Shown here: positions 37,101 through 49,147 of the stretch, in pieces
Layout of the letters: each line of letters begins with the position of its first letter
How positions within the stretch are numbered: position 1 is the first letter of the stretch
Assembly (NCBI RefSeq): GCF_000143415.4
Contig: NW_003314287.1
Coordinates: 1,509,514 to 1,573,513 of the forward strand
Origin: Selaginella moellendorffii
Taxonomy: Eukaryota; Plantae; Lycopodiophyta
Reading direction: 5' to 3'
Length of the DNA: 64,000 bases
Notes under the pieces: generated by a model
Seen by the model: the letters and a program-made list of their open reading frames with translations, nothing else
Databases searched by the model: none
Told to the model about the DNA's origin: nothing
Program-made: the position numbers and the translations under genes

Positions 37101-40100
37101 GAGTTGTATACAGAAACTTACCATTCTTTCAAAAAACTCCATATAGTTTTCATTATACGTAAACTCCGCAACTGAGGGTAAAAGCTTTGAGATAAGGCTT
37201 CCATCCAGCAATAAAGCCCGATGGCGAGAAAGAGGATGCAACTTTTGCCAAAAATCTTGTCCAGTTGACCAGAAAAGAAGACTTCTGGAGAACTTTTCAA
37301 TTTTGTGACACCCAGAACTGCAAAAGCTTTGCGGTGTGTGATGCATGTCCGATTTGATGAACGGTATAAGCTGCTTTTCGGAAGATGGTAGTTTTGCACG
37401 TTCAGAGTTTAGCCTCTTCGAGACCGCCTGTAACGAAGTATGATAGAAATAAGCAATACAGTATAGACAATTTGGTAGATTACCTCCCCTATCTCCACAG
37501 CGGTGTTAAAACCATAGGCTCCACCAGAACGACCAATGCAAGATATCATGCTCAATCCTGTCAGCAGATCGAGAATTGCAATAGCGAGTATTGACAACGA
37601 AACTCTTACCTTCCAGAATCATCAGCCACAATTTTGAGTCCGAACGCAGATAAAGCTTCTCTTGGCTCTCTGGAAAATCCTATTATAACCAGAAATTAAA
37701 TACCGCAACATTGTACCTCCGATCCATAAGCTTTCAGATAAAGTTAGCATGCTGTGTTCCAATTCGAAAAACTCAATGGAATGAGGGACCTGTGGATGTC
37801 CACCATACTTCCATAAATATGGCTTTGCACATCCTGCATTTTCAACGTTTAAGGCCGCATCCATCGCTGGCACAAGGTTGAAGGCACCCTGGACTGCGTC
37901 CCGGAGATTATTCTGGTAAAATCAGAACGTTCAGACAAGCAAAGACATAAAACAAAGTAGAAAGAACCTTCTTGTTGAGCTCTAAGATGCTGTGCTTCAT
38001 CGTTTTCCAGCAGAACCGAACAAAGTCCAGTTCGGCATTTGGATCCTGTATGGCTCCCCAGAGTGACTCATGAGAGTCAAACAATACGAGCTCAATGGAT
38101 GAGCCGCTTTCGAGCACCACAAGTGCTTCCTCAACCCTTCTGATAGAGAGCAATAGCGGATATAGCCACGTAAACTTCCCGCTACAAACATTAGCAGCGG
38201 CTCCCAGCGATGGCATATGACGGAGATATGACTGCATTATGGGACTTGCCGTCTGATGAGCGCTCAAAGCTGACTGGAGAAACTGATCTTCCGTCTTCCA
38301 CTGGAGATACCATCGCCTTAACGATGTCACCTTGCTCGCTGTCGCTATAAGCCGCCTCCATAATACTTTCCCATCCTCTCGCATGCCCTCCAATCGAGCG
38401 TCACTCTCGATAAGGCAGTTCTGGTTCACGAAGGACAAGCCTGTTCCCTCTGAATCCATCATACCCTTGAAGCTATTCCATGTGTCTCTTAGCTCCTTCA
38501 CCAGAGTTATTACTTTGTTGTCGAGGTGGCCGCTAAGCTCGGTGGTACCGAGGCCTTTTTCTAGCACCATCAAGCAGTTGGCTATCCTTGGAAGCTTGAC
38601 TGCTACCTTTCCAATAAGGTTCTGGAGCCACTGAACCCGGCGTTGAGTATCAAAAACCGGTGCCTGCTCCAAAGCCCATGAGATCGCAAATTCAAGCTGC
38701 TTCTCCATTTCTGCAAAGTTGACGCTGGTAGTAAGCGGTAAATCAACGCCGTGTTCTGAAGTCTGCAAGTATCTCAGTAACTTCTGAGGGAAATGTACAC
38801 TGACATCCTTGATGCTCCATAGCCACTCGCGCAGAGCAGACGTTCCGGACGGAGACCGCAACAGTGCGCGGCTTTGAACCATAATCTCCAACGCCTGCAT
38901 TTTGGATGCGATGTACTCGACATATCTGCAGTCCCGCTTGACAACAGCTTCCTGCGACCTTGAGCAATAGTCTCGTAGAGACAGTGGTGATGGCCATCCC
39001 CCGGGAACATAAAAGGATGCTTCATATGCAAGCTCTAGAGAGCATATCTGGCGCTGAAATATAACCCTGGCACTCGACTGTAGCTCCGCAGTGATACAAG
39101 CCAAATATGACTGCTCCCAGCTATATACCATGCTCGAATAGAAGTTCCCACCCCGTTCAAGTAGAACCTGAAGCAAGCTTAACCACTGGCCCAGCTCCCG
39201 GTAAGTAATACCGAAAGGATGACCCTTCGTAAGCGACCTTACTTCCAAATGTAGCCTGGTTATTGCATCAACAAGCTGCAGCCCGGGGACTCCGAAAGAC
39301 TCTACCACGCGTTTGGTATCGTGATATTCAGTTTCGGGTTCGATGTCTCGTAGCATGTATAGTTCCACACCACGATTACGCATTGCTCTCGAGACTTCGC
39401 CATTTGCCGGATCCAGTGTCAGGAAAAGACGAAAGTTGGGGTGAGCCTTAACCACCATAGCCTGGCCGTGGACAAGACCCCGCTCGTTAACCATGAGACT
39501 GCCGCTCGACTCAAGAAGTGAATTTAGCCGGTCCAGCACCTGCAAAACAAAAACTCGAATGAAAAATTTAAAATAAAACGCAGAATGCATACCGTAGGAT
39601 TGCAGAGGTTGGCATTTTCTAGAAGAACCCATGCTCCGCATTCCGCTGCTCTCAAAAGGTCTCCGTCAATCCATTCGAAACGACCAACGTTGCCTTCCCG
39701 CTTAATATCCAGTGCACTTAACAATGTCCGGAGCTTTCCGAGGCCGAAATCCGATGTCCCACTAGTACTCGGAAGAGCTATTTGAAGCTGCTCCAAAAAC
39801 TGCTTCAGCATACTCACGGTGGATTTTCTTGCGCCATCGACTTGAAACACCTGAGTCTTTTGAAGTGTAGACCAGCTGGCCAGAATATTTTTAACTATAC
39901 CGATCCTTCTGTCTGGTGAGTAATCCCCAACGGCCTGAGATAAAAAGAAACTACAAACCGCTTGAGCTGAAACATTTGCAGCAGCGATAGCTTCCCGTAT
40001 GCAGCGAGATGTGTCATGCTGTTCGAAGCAGCCAAGAAGCTCTGTAGTGTCTGTAGAACCCGACATGTTGTACTCGAAGAGAGAATTCCCGGTAAGCTCC

Positions 40101-43100
40101 GCCAGCGTGCGAACCATCGTAGTTTTACCTGACTTGGGAGGACCAACCAGCAAACACATCCACCCCTTCCCTATGCAATGCATGATCGACTCCAATGTAC
40201 TTCCAGTACCAGAGAGGACCTGAAGGTGCTTCAAGCTATCCTTTCTAGAACTGCCGAGATCCATCCGCTTCGAGTGTGCCAGTCCAACTGTGATATTCTT
40301 CGCGTACATTATGATGTCTGGTAGTGCGTATCTAGCAGAAGGATTCCCAAAAATACGCTTAAAAAGGTTTACCGCGGCATCTCGATCTTCTAGAGTTCGC
40401 AACCGTTGAATATAGACGAGCTGAACGAAATGCGACATTATCTCGTACTCGGTCCGAAAACAGAAAGGAGAACCTGCAAGAGTATATTTACTTTCAAGCC
40501 CGAAACGTTAAAACAAGCAAACCTTCTATAAGAGTGCACCACCGCAAAATGTCGCGCAGATTAAACTCCCAAGGTGCGCCTAAGTGACCGTAATTGTGCA
40601 AAATCATTGTTTCATAGTACAGCTGTCTGTTGAACTCTATCATTTTTAAGAGAATGTCCTCTGGGATTGATGGATGCAGTGCTCGAGCAATAAAAAAATA
40701 ATCGTCGGATGTCAAAGGCTCGGTGTACACCTGCATAGCAAATCGGGTTCAGTGTACTATTAAACCAGAAGTGCTTACCGTTGTAAAACGATTGAGAAAC
40801 GATTTCGGAAGCCCTTTCCTGCCACCACCCTCGTGCAGAGGGTTCTGACAAGCAAACAATCGAAAGGTTGGCGGGCACTCAAATGTCAAGCCCAGCTCGG
40901 GTATGAAGACCTCACCACGATGGTCCAAACACGAATTCAACCCCTGCGTAGAGCAACAATGTTAAAAAAAACTCAACAAATACCCTGAGTTTGATACCTC
41001 GAGGACAGATTGAGAAGCAAGATTAAGCTCGTCAAGAAGCACCCAATTCCCAGCTTTCAGGGCCTAGAAACTTAAGCATTAATACAGAGTCGGTAAGTAG
41101 AAGAGTAAACACCTGTAGAAATACTCCATCTGACCACTGAAATTCACCAGCTTTGCCACCTTCAACAGGTAAATCCGAGCCAAATAGATCAAGGATGTCC
41201 GTCTGTATTCAGTATAACACAGCATGTTACTAGAAACGCATGAACAGAAGCTAACGAACCTGCTCAGAAAGGTTAATTCGAACAACTGTATGTCCAGAGG
41301 CAGCCGCTAGCGCAGACACTAAACTTGTCTTCCCGACACCGGGACTTCCTTCAAGCAAGACTGCACTCCCACACCCAAAATGAGAAATAACGTCAACGTC
41401 AAAAAAAGATTCACCTGGTTTTCTCAATTGCATTGCTCGTAAAATTCTCATGACATTCCGTCTTGTTGTCGGTGCGTTGAACTCAAATTTAGTGTTTTGA
41501 CTTTCAATGTTGCCCTTTGATATATAGAACGGATGAATCCCAAAAGAATTTGAACGACTGGTATCAGCTTCTATATAAAAACCTTTGTCAAGAGCGCATG
41601 CATTCTCTGCCTCGGATTTGAATTCCTGAACAACTTGGAGATCAAAAGCCTGTCAAAAAGGGTATCTAGCATACCTCAGGAAGCAGAGTTAAAAGAAAGT
41701 CGACGCACTTTTCTTTCAAATTCTTTGGAGCTGTGCTTGATAGAGCAGATGCTGTAGTGAAACAATAACATAAGAAACATACATATAAAACGTAATTCCG
41801 ATCGTACCCAATCCAACACCATCAAGGAGGACTAGAAACGCTCCATGAATAAAAGCAGCGTACTTGCCAATCTGAGGGGCGGCATTGTTGACGTACGTTA
41901 TCCATGAAAGAAGGTCTCTCACGGACAATGTTTTCGAGATTTCTTGACGCTGCTGAAACCACTGATCAAAGAGTTTTAGAATACAAGATTAACGCTGCAG
42001 ACAAACATTTACCTGCCAGAACTGAATAAGCGGTTCTACCAGGCACTCCACTTCCGATCCGCTTAGCCTGTGACACAGAATGTCAGTATAGAAAACAACA
42101 GGAAAACACATGCCAACCTTTCCAAAATTATACTTCTTAAATCATCCAAGTCGCAAATTGGTGGCACCCAGACCTCAGTGAACCTGTTTCTTAGTGCCGG
42201 AGACAGCTCCTTCTTGCCAAAATCTCCACCAGGATTCATTGTTGCCATCAACCTGAATTTCGGGTGTGCTATAATTTCTTCAACGTCGGAACCACCTTTC
42301 TCCGCAAGTACGAGAGTGCCGTTTGGCTCCAGAACACTGTTAAGCCTCTCTAGCACGCTATCGTCTGCTAGGCTGATCTCATCGACGAGAAATAAATCCC
42401 CATTCCGCATGGCATCTACAAGAGGACCATCATGCCAAACGAAGAGCGACTGCCATTCCTTCCGTAGCTTTTGAAGGGTTGTCACTGTTGAATGGAGCAC
42501 AGCCTTCTCCTCAGAGCTTATGAGCACTTCTTCAGACTTCAATACACGCCTAGCAATGTCGATAGTCGCCCCGGAGTCTTCTATCTTCGAGGACAACTGC
42601 AAAACAAGTATCAGCTCAAAGTATAACAAAACATTCCAGCGATGCTTACGTTATTAGAGAAGCATCCCATCGAATTTAGCGTACATACTGCATCATCATA
42701 ACGCATTGCGATCTTCTCCCTACCCCGAACTGGTCTAAACCCCTGCGTAAATAGAAAGTGAGCACAATAGAAACTCATTAGACAAACAGCATACGCCAAT
42801 AAAATCAGATGTCTCTGTGTGTTGATGGCAATTTAGAATGTGAAGCTTTTGTTTCAACAGCTGCGCGAGTAGCTGGCAAACAGTAGTTTTTCCACATCCA
42901 GTTTCACCGACGAGGAGAAGAGGTTCATTATGCTCGTTGCACTGCTGCGTGAGATAGTACAATCGCCGCATGCTTTTCATCCAGACGATTCTGTAAGAAT
43001 TTCACACGTTGAAGGCGAAGAACGACACTACAATGACGATCGATACCTTCCTAAGCCTGCGGCTTTGCCATCTTGAGTTTGTTGTACGCTCGAAGCTCCA

Positions 43101-46100
43101 GTAAACTACAACACAGACTGTCTGAGTGAGAAAGTACGTAAAAGGAAGTACCTCGTGAACTCTGTCAGGATTTATCTTCACTCGTAATTGCTTCTCCAAA
43201 CTTGTCTGCACTACCACCTTTTCTTTTGAATCCCGAATTCTTTCTGCGAGCAGAACGTAGCCGTTCCAAGCAAGATCTTCGTATGAGATGCCACTCTGAC
43301 GATGTCGTTCAGCCCAACGAAAGAGATCTCGTGGAGTTATGTAGCCGTGCTTCCCAGCAAACACCTTACTACCCTGTCGTTGCCGCTGCAAATCTTTCAT
43401 GACTTCCACCATCTTCCCGGCATAGCTTGCAGCCACGTCGCATCTCTTCTCAAGTATCGTAACAAGCTCGCCCGCTGGGATGTCGTCGACATGGAGCTCA
43501 ATAAATCTGTTGCGAAATGCACGAGAAAGTGCCTTTCTTCCTCCATAAATACCGGGAGGATTTTGTGTTGCAAAGAGCATGAAATGCGGATGAGGTTTCA
43601 CAGACACCTGGAGCTCGGGAACGAAAAGCTCCCTGTTGTCGTCCAGAAGCCGGTTCAGAGCTTCTAACACATCTGATGGAGCCAAGTTCAACTCGTCCAG
43701 CACGATCCAATAGCCATTCCTAACAGCTTCCACCAGTGGTCCTTCCTGGAAAACCAGCTTTCCAGTATGATCTGAAACATAAGCACCCAGGTACTCTTGC
43801 AGGTCTGTGTGCTCATGGTTGTTGATCCGTAAGAACTTGTGTCCTGTGACGGCTGCAAGATATCGTACTAGACTTGTTTTCCCACTCGAAGTTGGTCCCT
43901 GTAGCAGCACCGGATATTTCCGAATGAAAACCGCCCGCGCAATATTTTTCAGATGCTCCTTTATACTCTTGGTCAAGACGTAGCGCTTGCAGAAGGCCGT
44001 ATCAGCATCCGTTTGGCTCTCACATCCACGCTGCACCCAGAACTGTTCGAACAAAATGTGGTCTGGACTTGGTTGTGCCGGAGCCTTCATAAGGGACTTC
44101 GAAAAGCTCGTTGATTTCCCGGACTGATTGTAGAGAACTCGCTGAATGAGTTCTTCCATGATCGGAGCACTCGACTGATCCAAGAGGGTCAGGAACGACA
44201 TACAAACCCCGTCGTACAAGGCCCGATCAAACCCATAGACAGGCATAGCATGCCTTGTAAATTCGAGCGCCCGGGAAAGTGACCGTAAACTGTACTGAGG
44301 TTTATGCCCAGCACCATCGCGCAGCCGCTTCTCTGCTTCTTCCCGGGCTTTTAAGAAAAAGTTGACGATGTTTTCCGGAGAACGCATGGAGCCTTCCAAG
44401 TATTTGGCAACCAGTGCCTCCAAGTCTTCTTTGCCGCACATCTCGTCAACGTAAAGCTCTGTAAGCCTATTCCTGAGCAGTACGGGCAACTCTCGCTTCC
44501 CAACGTCGGTCGCAGGATTCATGCAGGCAAATATCCGAAAGTTGGGATGCCGCTGCACAATCTCTAAGTCACCGCGCTCTGTGAGGCAGACTGATCCACC
44601 TCCTCCGTCGAAAATTCCATTCAGCCTCTCCAATATCTCAACTGGTGCAAGGTTTATCTCGTCAAGGAGTAGCCAGGTACCGTTCTTCAGTGCCTTGACA
44701 AGAACACCTTCGACGAAAGAGAACGCAAAGGCACTTTTTGAGGCTTCCACCTGCTTCTCGGTCTTACTGAGCTCAACTGAGAAAGCCCGCCACCTATCGA
44801 GAAGATTCTGGCTGACTGGCTTTTGTCTCTTTGCTTTTTTTGGAGTCGATTCCTCTGAGTTTTCACCCACCAGGTTCCCAACTTTTGTAATAGCAATGCG
44901 AAAAGCCTTGAGAAGCAGCACCCATCTTTTTTTCTCCACATACTGTTGAACTGTTGTCCAAAAGTCCTTGTTCTTCTGTAACTAAATGTGAGAAATGGCC
45001 CAAACAAACAGAGAAAACTAAATACGACCTGAAGAGAGAACGTGGCCGTAAAAATTTCATTGAATGTTTCCACTAGAGGCAGACAAACACTTTGCGCTTC
45101 TACCGGCTTGAAACCTCCCAGTAAATCGGCTGCGTCGCTTTGCTGGCTTAGATTCTAAAACCAACACCAGCCAAATTAATGCAAACATAGGAGCTCTAAT
45201 ACGTACCACAACAGTCAAAGGAGCTGACATGTGCCACGCCAATCTCTGTACAAGAGTCGTTTTGCCAGTTCCCGTCTCTCCAACAAGAAGCACAGCTTCA
45301 TTCTGTTCAACGCAACGGGCTATCCGTTCTAGTAGCCTCATTGTTTGAGCAGTATCAGCGAAGACCGTGTTGTATGACCCTTTCGCCTGAAAACTATCGT
45401 TGTAAATCTCAAAAGAGAAATGAATCCAATCTAGATTTACCGCTCGTGATTGTAATGGCAAGACAACACGGCCAATTTGTAGCGCAGAACGCAGCTCCTG
45501 CGGAAGGAACATTAGCCCAACCTCGACTATTATTGAGTATTACCTGACACAGAGGCTTAAACAACTGGCTGTAATATTCCACACGTTCCAGAGGAACGTT
45601 CCAATGTTCAGCAATGCATCTCATCACAAGTTGCCGATCGACAGTATCCCCAACAGCTGCAGCAAAACAGTCTACAGCCTGCATTGGCCAATTTAGGATT
45701 CTCAATGTGAGAGGCGATTTAGTACCTCCAAATATATGTGGTCTCGTACTGTCTCATCTAGGATCAAGCTTTCAGATACCCGAGGGACCAGTGCACACAC
45801 TCGATTACAAAATTTCAAAAGGTCCCTGAAAGTAATTAACCATTATTCGGGCAGAAAAACTTGAAATCGTACAGTCTTACCTCGTAGAAAAATGCCGACT
45901 AACGTGAGCAGTGGCGCCACCTTGTGCCACTGTACCCTTTACTATGTTAAGCGTGCCTGCATAACACTTATCAGAAATTAAAAGTAAGTTAGCTTAGAGA
46001 CAAGATACCAATCAGTTTTGGGACTAGGGAGCACAGTCCTGGAAATCTCTCCTTGATTATAGTTGACAGCTCCACATCCGAAGGCACCTCGATTATAATT

Positions 46101-47881
46101 TTCCGCCACAAGTAGGTAAACGAGTCCCGGCCTATAAAAGCACCTCAATTACGAGAGCGTTTAGTATATAGTCCGAACCTTCCCCAGACTTCCATGTGGT
46201 ACCAAATTGCATTCGGCAAACCGTAGCAAACAGACGGAAGTTCTCTGCAGCATAGACCACCTGAAAAGCAGCTGTAGTGCTACAATACACCAACATGTGC
46301 TAGCGTACCTCTCCTCGACCGGGAATTTGGAGCTTTCGATCCTCTAATAAAGATACAAGCGAAGAAAAGAGATCGGAAGGAGCTTTGTCAACGTCCTCAA
46401 AAACAACCCACAAGCCTTTTTCAATAGCCTGCAATGCAGATTTAAAATATGCTCACGAAAGAAAAGGAAGGGCCAACCTGAGTAAGTGTACCCGGCTGCC
46501 ACTTGAACTCTCCTGGAACTTCGGTACAAACGTAATTGCCAAATAGCGTTTTGGTATCCAGTTGATCGTCAAGGTGAATGAATAAAACATCTGGACAAGC
46601 AAAAATCAGCACACGAGTGAAAGAAATATAAGATCGAACCTGTATTTCCCGTTAAACCTGCAAATTCTCGAAACAAGCTAGACTTTCCTGATCCTAAAGG
46701 ACCTTCTAGCAGCACAGGTTGCCTTTGACTGAGTGCCAGAGCGAAAGCTTCCATTTGAGACTTCACACTAGGCGTTACTACAAAAGAGCTTCGCACAGCG
46801 CCTCCGCTGCAACCAAAAAAGTTGAAAAGCTTTGTAAGATTTACTTATCAAAGTCCCGTACCTTTGAAAATCAGGCCGCAGTGGCAGCTCAACACCACAA
46901 ATGACGACATGTGAGACCTTCTCGTCATGCCGTTGCTTCCACCTTACAACTGACTCATAATGTACAGTAGCCGAACTCTTCTCTTGAGTATCTAAGTCAC
47001 CACCCGCAGTGAACATCTCTACTATTCCTACCGCTATTTCTCGATAAAACTCCTCCCACCTGTAGCAACAAGAAGTTAGTCATACGATGAACAAAAACAT
47101 AAGCTCACCTTATCAAGCATGAAAATGCCTCTTCTTCCGAAATACCCGAGAGCGACGCACTCAAGTCTCTCGAGGCAGCATCCGACATTCTAAACACCAG
47201 TGACAAAACCTGGACAGCACACCAGCGTACATCAAAAACCGTGCCTCCGCGGCATTCTCCAGTCCACAGCAAAAGACTTAGAAAAGGACTCCAATCCCAC
47301 AGCTCCCGAAAGCTTCTCCCATCTAGCCGGAGGAACTGGTAGGAGGCACGTAAAACTTCCAAGAGAGATGGCCCCTCCTTCGATTCACCACCAAGACCAT
47401 TACGCAATAGTCTCTCAAATGGTGATGGAGCAAACGTATAGTAGCGTAGAATCGAGCTGCACAGAACACAAGGCAGATATAAATCACCAACTTGAGACAC
47501 TACATACACGAGGCTTACCTCGAGAGAAATGGAGCCAGGTCGAGAATTTTGCTAAAGGCCACGCTCACATACTCATGAGTTGCCACGCTCAAACTCGAGC
47601 TACTTCGCTTCTCAAGGGAGTTTACCAAATCCGACACTACTTCAGACAGCACCGATCGAAAGCATCCAGCCACTACGACTGTGCAATCCGGCCTCACGAG
47701 CAATTCCTGGACCACTTCCACCGCTTTTCGATCGATTTCATCCCCCTGCCGCGCGAAATAAGTGAAATTCTGCGAGAAATGCGAGGCGAGAACGTACCCG
47801 TGCAAGTGCCGCAATGCGATCGTCGGCCAGGCTCGACAAGCGAGCGAGCTTCGCGAATCCCTGGCGAAAATCGACATCCAT
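28174..47881 (-). CDS. MDN1: Midasin (Rea1) AAA+ ATPase for 60S biogenesis; dozens of short introns
   Basis: Six AAA Walker A motifs (GPLGSGKS, GETGTGKT, GPTSSGKT, GETGCGKT, GSPGVGKT, GPPKSGKT), long linker, D/E-rich tail (29141-30859), MIDAS/VWA DDSRSM and end WFELMQHSAS*; first exon MDVDFRQG...ALAR|GDEID. Confidence 0.95.
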
Positions 47882-47901
47882 TGCCAGCCGCTCTCCTCCT
47901 A

Positions 47902-47921
47902 AAACCCTATAAGAACCCTAA
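47902..47921. promoter_or_regulatory. Telo-box pair in the 89-nt MDN1/STR14 head-to-head spacer
   Basis: aaacccta at 47902 and aaccctaa at about 47914; telo-boxes are typical of ribosome-biogenesis genes. Confidence 0.55.
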
Positions 47922-47970
47922 ACGAAGGGTAGAATATCCTCGCCATTGTTCTCTCGAGGGAATGAGATAA

Positions 47971-49147
47971 ATGGCAATGGCGACGGCGGCTTCTTTCGCT
48001 CTCTCCGCGGCTCCCAGGTCTGGAAACCTCGACGATTTTGGCAGCGCGATTCCTTTCCACGCCAATGCGCCGCCGCGGAGGAGGACGACGGCGATTCGAG
48101 CGACTGGAGCAGCAACCAAGCGCGCCAAGACTCCAGGTACTGCTCGCGAATTCGACCTAGCTCCAAGAAACTCATCGGTAGGCTATTGAATCCTTCTTCA
48201 CAGCCGAGGAGGATTGGAGAATCAAGCGCGAGGCTTTGAAGAAAAACCAGGTAGAATTTCTAGTCTTTCTTTGACCTGGATTGGAAAGGAATGGAGATAG
48301 ACGAGTATGTGGATGTAGGTGCGCTCTATCACTGCCAAGGACGCTAAAAGGCTCCAGGACGAACAAGGCTACGTTCTTCTAGATGTTCGTCCTCAGAACG
48401 AGTTCCAAAAGGTAAGTTTCTTCTTTCTTTTTCTTTTTTTTTTCTTTTGGCCAACTTCATCTGATGGAGAGAACTTTCCAGATGCATCCTATAGGAGCTG
48501 TGAATGTAGAGATTTACAGGCTTATCAAGGAATGGACTGCCTGGGATATCGCTCGAAGGCTGGGATTCGCGTTCTTTGGCATTTTCGACGGTACCGAAGA
48601 GAATCCAAACTTCCTTGCAGGCATGTAAAGTAAGATCCCTTACTACTGTTGCTTGCGCTTGCCCATTCCAATCCGAGTAGCACGACCGACCATCAGAACC
48701 AACTTGCCTGCCAGATTGTGTGATATTATCAGATGCTACTCGAGCGCTTATATTTCTGTCTCTTCCTGTGCTTCCAGATGTGAGGGCTAAGGTCGAAAGC
48801 AAGTCCAAAGTTATTGTTGCCTGCGCATCTGGAGGTACAATGAAGCCTACTCCGACTTTGGCCGATGGACAGCAATCAAGGTAGCGTACTCAGAAAAGCT
48901 TGCATCTGTTCCATGACATGATTGACATAACCAATTCCAGCACAGTGATAGTTCTTTAACCATTTTCTCTCGTAGTAGTAATCACTGCCACTGCATACTG
49001 ACGCTTGCTTTTCCTTTTTCACCTTGCAGATCGTTGATTGCGGCATACGTGCTTCTCATGGACAGCTATACGAATGTTTTGCACCTGGAAGGTGGGCTTC
49101 GGAGCTGGTACCAGGATCGACTTCCGACGGAAGAAGCCTCGGAATAG
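47971..49147 (+). CDS. STR14: Rhodanese-like domain protein 14, chloroplastic
   Basis: Transit peptide; PAEEDWRIKRE, LLDVRP, IYRLIKEWTAWDIARR..FAFFGIF.GTEENP, IVACASGGTMKPT...GQQSRSLIAAY...HLEGGLRSW; includes a GC-AG intron 48621-48777. Confidence 0.9.

Noticed and set aside
48881-49029. Longer STR14 intron as a possible snoRNA host
   Set aside because: No canonical C box/D box pair with terminal stem; the CTGA is better explained as a branch point.
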